Shown here: positions 25,766 through 36,013 of the stretch, in pieces | How the letters are laid out: the number at the start of each line of letters is the position of its first letter | Position numbering within the stretch: position 1 is the first letter of the stretch | Assembly: GCF_006345805.1 (NCBI RefSeq) | Contig: NC_043003.1 | Coordinates: 39,742,001-39,806,000 of the forward strand | DNA length: 64,000 nt | Direction of reading: 5' to 3' | Source: Octopus sinensis | Lineage: Eukaryota | Notes under the pieces: model-generated | Seen by the model: only the letters and a program-made list of their open reading frames with translations | Told to the model about the DNA's origin: nothing | Database searches by the model: none | Translations under genes and position numbers: made by a program

Positions 25766-26724
25766 GTGAGTGAAAGTCTTTGGAAAGTACGATGACATAT
25801 TTCTAGGCATATTTCAATATTATAATATCCTCTCTGCGAAGCGTAGTTTTACTCGTGCTCATCAAGTTCCAAATGACTTGGTAGAATGATAAATATCGTG
25901 AGCGAAAAACATTTATTGATTTAGCAACCTAGAATAAAGATGGGGCGGGGTAAAGAAAAGTTATTTTATGAGAATAAATTCAATTTAAAAGGTAGGTAAC
26001 TCATGTATTTTAGAGTAGTCTCCCTTACAAAGTCTTCAATAATCCCTTAATTGGTTGATTGTTCATATCTTTAAGTCTTAATTTATTTTGCAATTTCGTG
26101 TTTGCCGCATTTACAACTTTGTGACTACAGTATATAACCTTAGACGATATCCTTCGACCTCGAAGACTGTTTTTTCTCGAAATGATCTGCACAAAAGTTA
26201 TACACGCAGATGAATGAATTTGTAGATGCGTAGGCTAGTGGTTAGGGAATTAGACTCACAGAGGTAGGTTCGATTCCCCAACCGAGTCTATTGGATTACA
26301 TTATTATAGTATTGAGCCGTCTGTTATTATGATGTGTGTGTGTGTGGGGAGGGGGTATGTGTGTGTGTGTGTGTTCATTTATTTTCGTCGAGTCAGTCTC
26401 TTGCTACTCTAAGTTGCGTCGACTGTGAGTGCACAGGGTCTTTCCGACAGTCAACACTAAACGGTATGTATGTATGTATGTATGTATGTATGTATGTATG
26501 TATGTATGTATGTATGTATGTGTGTGTGTATGTATATGTATGTATGTATGTATGTATGTATGGTGTGTGTATGTATATGTATGTATGTATGTATGTATGT
26601 GTGTGTGTATGTATGTGTGTGTGTATGTATGTGTGTGTATGTATTATGTATGTATGTATGTGTGTATGCATGTATGTATGTATAACTACATGTTACATAG
26701 GTATATACGTGTATGTGTGTGTGT

Positions 26725-27060
26725 GTGTAACTGGCACTCCGTCGGTTACGACGACAACGGGCCCAGTTGATTCTATCATTGGAACAGCCTGCTCGTGAGA
26801 TTAATGTGCAAGTGGCTGAGCACTCCACACAGGCACGTGTACACTTAACATTAATCTCTGGGAAATTTAGCGTAACACAAAGTGTGACAAGGCTGGCTCT
26901 TACATATGCTGGTACTACCCATTTTTGCCAGCTGAGTGAACCGAAGCAATAGGAAATAAAGTATCTTGCTTACGGAGACAATGCATCACCGGGAATTGAA
27001 CTCACAAACTTACGATCGCGAATCAATTATCTTAAGCACTAAGCAACGTGCCTTTGCTAT
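26725..27060 (-). mobile_element. tRNA-derived SINE, family C (ccagctgagtggactggagcaac...aataaagtgtcttgctcaaggacacaac)
   Basis: Shared motifs with 22250-22510(-), 33975-34280(+), 36580-37200(-, interrupted) and 39920-40200(+); tRNA-like head. Confidence 0.7.
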
Positions 27061-27280
27061 ATGTATATGTTTGTGTGTGTGTGTTCGTGCGTGTGCGTGT
27101 GTATATATATATATAATAAATGAAAAATTATATATTTATATATACATAATAAATAATAAATAGTATATATATATATTTATGTATGTATGTATGTATCTAT
27201 CTATCTATCTATCTAATAATATAAATAATATACATATATATATGCATATATACATACGTATATGTACATACATCTATACG

Positions 27281-27344
<64 letters not shown>

Positions 27345-28071
27345 ACACACACACACACATCATAATAACAGATGGCTCAATACTATAATAATGTAATCCA
27401 ATAGACTCGGTTGGGGAATCGAACCTACCTATATATATATCCTCACACGATACAGCTATGGGTCAGACCCGATTCTGATTCGTCAAAACATTGATGACGT
27501 CTTTCTTCCGTGGTCAAACTACTCGTTCTGCTGGACTAGCTATCTAACAGGATACAGTCATGGGTCAGATCTAATTTTGATTCGTCAAATAAATGATGAC
27601 GTGTTTCTTCCGTGGCCAAACTGTCGTTCCGCATGGTTGGTTTCCTAACAGGATACAGTTAGGAGTCTTTTCACTATATTCGTTGAGACTGGGTTTTGAT
27701 TGGTTTGGAACTATATGACGTCAGTGAACAGTGCAAGTGACCACAGCTTAGCTGAGCTGATATAAATCCAACAATCACAAAATTTACCAAAATTATGCAA
27801 GCAGACACCGACCAAAAATCATTACTGTTGCTCCCATTGGAACACAAGGTAAAATCTAAAATGAACTCCTCGCCTTTTCAAGAACATGAATTTTTTACAT
27901 TTGACTCTATTGAATGAATGTCACAATTATGAACTATTACATCATACTCTTTAAACATATAGCATGGACTCTCTTTATTATATATGAATTTTTTATATTT
28001 GACTCTATTGAATATATGTCACAATTATGAACAATTACATCATACTCTTTAAACATATAGCATGGACTATC

Positions 28072-28114
28072 TTTTTGATAAGGTTCGTCATTTCAAGAAC
28101 CGAAACATGTTAAA
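28072..28114 (+). ncRNA. Minimal type-I hammerhead ribozyme-like motif, U3-A8 variant
   Basis: ttt-TTGATAA-GGTTC(gtcatttcaa)GAACC-GAAA-CATGT-T-aaa: 5-bp stem II, palindromic stem III ACATGT; identical core in the copy at 30555-30597(-). Confidence 0.55.
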
Positions 28115-28174
28115 TTAAAATTTGTCTAATATAGCAGCATTTTCAAACTTCATTTTTTTACAAATATATATATA

Positions 28175-28226
<52 letters not shown>

Positions 28227-28258
28227 TTTATTTTAAGCAGCAGAAAATTCAACAAAAT

Positions 28259-28296
28259 CTGTTACTCTGAGTTTCTCGTTGCCGTTCATCAGACAA
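28259..28296 (-). ncRNA. Minimal type-I hammerhead ribozyme-like motif, canonical core
   Basis: Minus strand TTGT-CTGATGA-A-CG(GCAA)CG-A-GAAA-CTCAGAG-TA-ACAG: stem I TTGT/ACAG, GNRA-capped stem II, GUA site; the 10.1-11.1 pair is an A.A mismatch. Confidence 0.55.
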
Positions 28297-28426
28297 CGGC
28301 AACGAGAAACTCAGAGTAACAGATTTTGTTGAATTTTCTGCTGCTTAAAATAAAGCATATTACTCTACCACTGGTATTTGAGTACTCTTTTTTCCACCTT
28401 GTTTCACATTTATGTGTTTACTCCGG

Positions 28427-28497
<71 letters not shown>

Positions 28498-29773
28498 ATT
28501 TATATATGTATGTAGATGTGGACACAGAACGTCATGAAACGTGTACAACAAAAAAATACGAAATACAAGTACATGGAATATGAACTATTTTTTCAAACAC
28601 CGAAAGACACAAATGGAAAACAAGACAAACAACATAAAGAACGACCCTTCATCAGTAGCTGGCTGATTTTCTACTCTCGTATTTTGAGACTTTAACAACA
28701 ATATATGCTTTTGATTAAACAGTTGCTCCCACAAAGCAAATTAAATAAAATTTGGGATTTTGCAGAGGGTCAAAATTGGTAACTTAAACAGGACAATGAA
28801 ACTTAAACAGGACAATGAAAACAAACAAAAGGCTGCTAAATGAGGTTGTGGTGGCAAACACATAAATCAAGCTTGGACAGAGACAGACAAGAACACATCT
28901 TCCTTGTTCCAGCTACATCGGAGAGAAAAAAAGAAACACAAATTAGGAGAATAAAGAAAGATGGCCGATGGTCACATGGGATCCACATGAAAAGGGAGGT
29001 GGAGTGAGGGAGAGACAGTGACAGAGTAATAGGATAGAATAGTGGGAGAAGAGGAGGTAAAAGAATAAGAGAGAGAAAGAGAGAAAAACGAAAGAGTAAA
29101 AAGATTGTAAAGTGTACATATTAGAATTATTAAGATAAAACTTACTTGGAACAGGATGCGTAGTGTTCAATCATGTAATGATATAAATAATATCCTAAAT
29201 TTTATTTAATTTGCTTTACGGGAGTAACTGTTTTATCGAAAGCATATATTGTTATTAAATGCTCAAAATACGAGAGTAGGAAAACAGCCAACAACTGATG
29301 AAGGGTCGTTCTTTATGTTGTTTGTCTTGTTTTCCATTTGTGTCTGTCACTATTCAAGAAAATAGTTCATATTCCATGTACATGTCTTGCAAACAACTTG
29401 CACATGCAAGTGCTACCAGTTAAAAGCTCCGTATACCGGAAGCTAGCAAGTGTATGGGGTCATCAGGAGAGAATGCGCGCCGTTTCAGGGCCTACCTCTC
29501 GACGGCATCAATGCGCACCGGCCCCCCCCCTCACTGATATGAGGCCCCGCTTGCTAGATCTGCTGGTTATGAAGAACTCAATATACTTCTAGCCATCGCT
29601 CATCGTCTCTTTTTAACCAAATCCAGTGGCTAGCCTTCTCCACTGTAGATTGGATATCAGTCATGGTGGTATTGACTTTACGATGAGTTAAGCCTATCGA
29701 TAACAACAGTCATCTCACGCTGTGTCCAACAAACCCTCTACATCTGTATTTCGTATTTTTTGTCCACCTATAC

Positions 29774-29804
<31 letters not shown>

Positions 29805-30106
29805 ATATATATATAAAATACAGTGTACATTTAAACACATTAAGCGGTATCAATCATAGGCTAGAAGGAACAGCTAAAGTCCAAACCACTAATTAGGGAT
29901 AAAAGGTTGAAGGGAATGAAAAATGAAAACATTTTGATTAATGATTTGGACTTTAGCTGTTCCTTCTAGCATAAGGGAGTCCTATGATGGATACCTCTTA
30001 ATGTGTTTAAAATGAATAATATATAGTCTATTGACTAATTTTTCTATATGCTAGGCCACTGGTAGTAAAAATTTCTAAAATTTTATTACCTTGGTATTAT
30101 TAATTT

Positions 30107-30144
<38 letters not shown>

Positions 30145-30180
30145 TATATACATATGTATATGTACATACTTACATCTATA

Positions 30181-30226
<46 letters not shown>

Positions 30227-30240
30227 ATATATATATATAT

Positions 30241-30275
<35 letters not shown>

Positions 30276-30444
30276 TAATATATATATATACATCATCATC
30301 ATCATCATCATCGTTTAACGTCCGTTTTCCGCTCTAGCACAGGTTGGACGGTTCGACCGGAGTCTGGGAAGCCAGGGCTGCACCAGGCTCCAGTCTGATC
30401 TGGCAGTGTTTCTACAGCTGGATGCCCTTCCTAATGCCATATAT

Positions 30445-30491
<47 letters not shown>

Positions 30492-30554
30492 AAAAATGGA
30501 GTTTGAAAATGCTGCTATATAGACAAATTTTTAATTTTTATATATACATTATTA

Positions 30555-30597
30555 TTTAACATGTTTCGGTTCTTGAAATGACGAACCTTATCAAAAA
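30555..30597 (-). ncRNA. Second copy of the U3-A8 hammerhead-like motif
   Basis: Reverse complement of 28072-28114 with identical core and stem II. Confidence 0.5.
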
Positions 30598-31304
30598 AAA
30601 AAAATTATATATAAAAAAGATAGTTCATGCTATCAAATATAAAAAATTCATATATAATAAAAAATTCATATATAGTGAAGCGAGTCCATGCTATATGTTT
30701 AAAGAGTATGATGTAGTAGTTCATAGTGGTGATATGCATTCAATATAAAAAATTCATGTTCTTGAAAAAGCGAGGAATTCATTTTAGGTTTTACCTTGTG
30801 TTCCAATGGGAGCAACTTTGATGACTTTTGGTTGGTGTCTGTTCGAATAGTTCTGGTGAATCTTGTGAATTGTTTGGGTTTTATATATATATATATATAT
30901 AAATATGCATATATATATAATATAAATATGCATATGTGGGCATAGGGTGTCATGATAATTGTACAACAAGAAAAATACGAAGCACAAATACATGGAATAT
31001 GAGCTATTTTTTCAAAAAACTAAAGACACAAATGGAAAACAAGATATCCATCCATACATATATACAAACACATGCACTCATATATATCTATACACACTCA
31101 CATAGATATACATACGTGTATTTATTTGTGCATGTATGTCTCTGCATTTACTTGTTTCTACATGTATCCGTTTTAATGTTTCTACAGTAAATAAGTTTAA
31201 AGCTGTTGATGAAGCAGTAATAAATCTTATAACATTATGCCATAAGTCACAGCAATTCTTAGTCAAAGTGACTATTGCTTGCTTTAAGCTGTGTGTGTAT
31301 ACAT

Positions 31305-31356
<52 letters not shown>

Positions 31357-31465
31357 CATCATCATCATCATCATCATCATCAGTTAATGTCCACCTTTTA
31401 TGAACGCTCTTCATTCATTCTTATTCTATCAACTATACTCTTCCTCTCTCTCACTTTCTCTACCA

Positions 31466-31517
<52 letters not shown>

Positions 31518-31799
31518 GTATATATATACATATATTATATATATACAGATATAGAAATAATACATTTCTAAATATCTCAGAGAGATTTATACAGTAGTGG
31601 TATGATAAAGTAGTTGTATACTGTCAACTCAATGTGACAGTCCCATGAAGGGAATGACACCACTGCTATTTAGCCCTAGGAAGCAGCAATGCTTCCTGTC
31701 GGCCTTGACACATTTCCTGCATCCTTATGTTTACAAGGAGGAGATAAGCACCCCACCCAGCTAAGCCTGCAGCCAGAGACTAGTTTCTGAGTCTTTGTT

Positions 31800-32055
31800 T
31801 GTCATATGACACGTAAAAGCACCATCCGTTCGTGGCCGTTCGCCAGCTCTGTCTGGCACCTGTGCAGGTGGCACGTAAAAAACACCCACTACACTCGCGG
31901 AGTGGTTGGCGTTAGGAAGGGCATCCAGCCGTAGAAACACTGCCAGATCTGACTGGGCCTGACGAAGCCTTCCAGCTTCACAGACCCCAGTTGACCCGTC
32001 CAACCCATGCTAGCATGGAAAGCGGACGCTAAACGATGATGATGATGATGATGAT
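31800..32055 (+). mobile_element. RTE-type LINE 3' tail ending in (GAT)n
   Basis: gttggcgttaggaagggcatccagc...ccaacccatgctagcatggaaagcggacgctaaacgatgatg. The same tail is attached to RTE coding sequence at 40805-41510; other tails at 30295-30440(-), 44590-44940(-), 61655-61850(-). Confidence 0.8.
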
Positions 32056-32087
32056 ATATATATATATATATATATAATATATATATA

Positions 32088-32129
<42 letters not shown>

Positions 32130-32131
<2 letters not shown>

Positions 32132-32581
32132 TAAAGATAATTATGGCCAGTTTATGAGGTTACTCAGTATTTCGTGTCCATAAAGTGCTTGGGTTTACAG
32201 TGTTTCTTCAGACTCTAATGGCTGGTAGAGAAAGAAAAGACCTCATGGCGAGTTGTTGGCCAAAGGAGAGGAGTCAAGTGCAAGGGATCGTCTTCCTTAA
32301 ACTACTGTCTGTAATCAATCCTGTCAGCTTGTGGGTCCCAGGACTCTTTTGAAGTGTAAGCAGGGTCTGAAGACTTGTGTCCTGGAATTTAAGACATCCC
32401 CTTGGTTGAGGCAATTCTTTAATATTCTTGCTTGTTCAGCTATGCACAGCTTGCAATGCTTACTCCTGTTGATGTAGGGGCGTGGTTTTTCTAGGATCTT
32501 CCATGAGAGATTACATGTATGGTTCCTTTGTCTATACACGAGACATCCACATGAGATTGAGCATACATATAGTTCTACCAA
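32130..32581 (-). pseudogene. Penelope-like element fragment
   Basis: WKILEKPRPYINRSKHCKLCIAEQARILKN...VLNSRTQVFRPCLH, the PLE C-terminal motif, followed by 3' region. Confidence 0.8.
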
Positions 32582-32755
32582 GGCAAAATTAGCACTAATA
32601 AAGCTTCAACATAAAGGGACAAAACTAGAAGGTTTAGAGTACTTTGCTGTTTTTCTTTTCTACTGTATAAATTTTATAAATAATTTTTGCATTTAATTTT
32701 TGGTAGTTGGAAATGTATTTCATTTGATGTTTTATTTTTTTCCAGAAAACAAGGC

Positions 32756-33344
32756 ATGGAAAAATTTTCCACGAACGAGAACAACACAATGAAAAATATT
32801 CTGTCAAGAATGTCACGTAAACTCAGCAAACCACTGAAGCATGATCTGAAATTGGGGCTAAGGAGTGGTTGTCAATCAAATTGTGAGGAAACATCAGAAT
32901 TAAATAGAGGTGACCAGTTCAAGTTGTGTGACTATTGTGTCCGCAAGAGACAGTTAAAGGAATTCAATCAATGGTTTCCAAGACTAAGTGAAGACAACAA
33001 ACAACGTTGCATCTTAGGATTTGTCCAGCGCCTCTCCAGTCACATTGAAATACTCAGACATCTATGCAGGATGATGGCACCAACTTTTAAAAAGGACTAT
33101 GTGTACGCTTGCTGTAGACTGATCACAGGCCAGGAGACAACTCAATCAGTCTTTGGCATTAATCAAACTCTGTCTGATAACTTCAGTGACAAAGTCATCG
33201 AATCAACTTTGAAAGGTTACGATGATATGTCAGCACAGAACAAGCTAAATTTTCTGGTTGCTGTCCTTCAGAGTTGTGACATGCATCACATCTACCTTGT
33301 CTACAACTTAGTCACAACCTTAGTGCAGGCTGATAACACTCGCA
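32756..33344 (+). CDS. FBXW10: FBXW10/CDRT1-like F-box/WD40 protein, coding exon 1 (N-terminal domain)
   Basis: Acceptor ttttttccag at 32745; ATG 32756 in strong context (GGCATGG). Translation LCDYCVRKRQLKEFNQWFPRLSEDNKQRCILGFVQRL...KDYVY...NFLVAVLQSCD resembles the FBXW10 N-terminus as I recall it. Donor gtaagg at 33345, phase 1. Confidence 0.85.
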
Positions 33345-34417
33345 GTAAGGATTATTGTCAAAAGTTTTCATTTATTTTCCTTTGTCTGTTGCTTTGTCCT
33401 AGTTCACACATTTTGTTCTACTGAGTTTTGTAGAGATATTGTTCCATAGAACTAAATACATCTGACACACCCAAGGGTTTCCTTGGAGACATGATAACCC
33501 ACACAAATTGAGAGTGTGTATCTCCAGCAGAGTTATGCTGAAAAGTTTTCCAGTCATGACCATCCCAACTCACTGTATGTAACACTGTCTTATCTAATGT
33601 GTATACTCTTGTTGAAGATGGTCAGGAGCAATTTGAGTGGAATTTGGCTAGTTTTGACTACATAAAAACTCTTTCAGTAGCTCCTTTTCTTTGAGAGTTT
33701 GTCATCTTGTCATTAACCTTTGCTCATTCTTGGTATCTTGTGATAAGGGACAAATCCATTATTACTGGACTTAAATTTTGATTTCTTACTTTGGTACAGG
33801 GCCACACAAATTTACAGGAAAGTGAATGTAGTTGATTGAATCAGCTTCAAGTATATTACTCATACTTGTTTTTATTAAAACCCTAAGCAATCCAAGCTAG
33901 AGCTGACGAAAGGTTAGAATTGAGCTCAGAATATAAAGTATGTAACTAAATACTGTAAATCAGTTTTGTCTAACACACATGACTCAGTGGTTAGAGTGTT
34001 GGTCTCACAATCATGAGATTTGAGTTTGATTCCCAGACTGGGTTGTGAGTTGTGTTCTTCAACAAGACACTTTATTTCACTCAGCTGTAGAAATGAGTCA
34101 CAATATTACTGGTGCCAAGCCGTATTGGCCTTTACCTTTCTCTTGGGTAACATTGGTGGTGTGGAGAGGGGAGGCTGGTATGCATATATGACTACTGGTC
34201 ATCCACAAACAATCTTGCTCAGACTTGTGCTTCAGAGGGGAACTTTCTAGGTGCAATCCCATGGTTAATCATGATTGAGTGAGGTCTTTAGCTTTACCCT
34301 ACTATATCTGCCACTTCACAGCAATGTTAGCAGACCCAACCTTCTGAACCACCTGATTCACAGCTTTGGTCTGGCTTAAACCATTATAGAATAGCAGAAG
34401 AAAGTGGACAGATTGTA

Positions 34418-34635
34418 CAAGGGTGTACTGAAAAGTTCCTGGCTTTAAGGGTACCATGAAAGGTCTGTTTGAAGGCCCAATGTTCTGAGTTCTTTTACAG
34501 GGCTTAGAAAAACTAAAAGAATGCTGCAACAAGTATGTGAATTTGAGTAGGGAATATGTTGGATAAAAATCATAATTAACTGATCCTCCTGTATTTTCTT
34601 TTATCCAGAGCCAGGAACTTTTCAGCACCTCCTCA
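34418..34635. mobile_element. Mariner-derived MITE with TA flanks on both sides
   Basis: TA|caagggtgtactgaaaagttcctggc ... gccaggaacttttcagcacctcctca|TA; internal remnant of a mariner C-terminus. Confidence 0.85.
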
Positions 34636-34798
34636 TATTCTTCACAATTGTCTGTACACACATTTTGTTCTACAGAGTTTTGTAGAGATATTGTTCCATA
34701 GAACTATATACATCTGACACACCCAACTGTTTCCTTGGAGACATGACAGCCCACACAAATATGTTGAAAGTGTGTGTCTCCTGGCAAATGAGACAATG

Positions 34799-34889
34799 TG
34801 AGAGCCTCTGTGTCACAAGAGAGCTTCTGTGATACTGGAGAGCCTCTGTGACACTGGAGAGCCTCTGTGACACTGGAGAGCCTCTGTTC
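34799..34889. repeat. 19-bp minisatellite (GAGAGCCTCTGTGACACTG), about 4.5 copies
   Basis: Head-to-tail units without spacers. Confidence 0.85.
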
Positions 34890-35681
34890 TCGTGATTCTC
34901 AACCATTTTAATATCCAGGCCAGACCCCAAACCTGGATTTTTTTAGGGTGCCACACCAAAACATAAAACACAAGTCAATTAGAGAAAAATTTATTGTTTA
35001 TAGAGGGAAGATCATTGGGGGTGGAGGGCAAAGGATGAATGTTTGAGGGCTGCATGCAGTTCAGGGATCTGCACTTGAGAACCTGTGTTCTATGCAGTCA
35101 CTACCTGCAAGAAACAGCAGCCAAACCTCCCTCAAATTACATTCTACCATCTTAAAAAAGGGAAGGTCACATTGGATAATGTTTTGCTGGACAGCCCCAG
35201 AAAGACAAAATTGTTATAACTGCAATACATTTGATCAGCAGAGAGAAAGAGAGAGAGAGAGAAATAGGCAAACAGAGAGAGAGAGAGAGATGAGAGGACA
35301 GTGGAGTTGGAAGGAGTGTAGGAATGGAGAAAGTGTGAATAGAAAGAAGCATATAAGAGTTTGTTAAATGAAGGGGTGAAAGAAAGTAGATTAGCAACAA
35401 CACTATATAGTGGCCATAGTGAAGTATGAATGTGTTTTGACATGTCGATATGGGGAAGATTTATGTTTGTAGCTTGTAACTATATATATGTATGTGTGTA
35501 TGTATGCATGTATGCATGACCTGGGGTTAAAAAAAGAACAACTGTGTCTTACACAATTGTGTATCAATATGTGTCCACACACTGCCATAGACATATGTAC
35601 CATCTCTCGCTCTCTCTCTCCTTCCTCCCCCTCTCTCTTACTCCTCTCTCTGACTAATCTCTCTCTCTCTCTTCATTGCAG

Positions 35682-36013
35682 GTTTAAAAAAGAATGTACA
35701 GATATCTCCAGCAATCAAGCAAAAAGATATTCTTATTGACACTGGCCAAAATACTTCGAGGCCCAATGAAAAAACAACTGAATGGTCCACCAATTTGACA
35801 AAAAGATCAAAAAGAGGGACAAACCTGTTTCAATTTAAAGACTTAATTGGTCAACTACCAGCACCTTTGGCCAAGTATATCCTCAGTATGTTGGATGAGG
35901 TCAGCTTACGCAATGCTACCAAGGTCAGCTCAAAATGGCGCACCCTAGTAAAGCAGTTAATGAAGGAAGCAGTTCTGAGTCAGCAAGTTGCTGAAGAGGC
36001 TTTGCTTTTACAG
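35682..36013 (+). CDS. FBXW10: FBXW10-like coding exon 2 (F-box domain)
   Basis: Acceptor cttcattgcag; phase-1 join with exon 1 keeps the frame open. Encodes FKDLIGQLPAPLAKYILSMLDEVSLRNATKVSSKWRTLV (F-box LP..I...L...L..VS..W). Donor gttaca at 36014, phase 0. Confidence 0.9.

Larger units (their letters stand above)
27775..31050. mobile_element. Cluster of Penelope-like terminal-repeat fragments in nested inverted orientation
   Basis: 27775-28115 is the reverse complement of ~30550-30880; 28568-28760 of 29190-29381; 28530-28625 recurs at 30950-31045. GAAACATGT and CTGATGA motifs present. PLE assignment is inference from these tail motifs. Confidence 0.65.

Noticed and set aside
26225-26280. 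tRNA gene
   Set aside because: A and B boxes are present but no cloverleaf can be formed; it is a SINE head, like the other tRNA-like segments here.
27590-27700. C/D box snoRNA (ATGATGA)
   Set aside because: No box D CTGA with a terminal stem at a suitable distance; part of a tandem repeat.
29435-29560. GC-rich segment with minus-strand GAAA...CTGATGA (type II hammerhead order)
   Set aside because: Stems II and III cannot be paired with correct geometry.
33345-33424. Read-through extensions of exon ORFs into introns (also 36014-36076, 46531-46682, 48982-49041)
   Set aside because: Good GT donors with phase-compatible downstream exons explain the structure; the extensions are low-complexity intronic sequence.
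34799-34889. CRISPR-like regular repeats
   Set aside because: Units are contiguous with no unique spacers; eukaryotic context with no cas genes.
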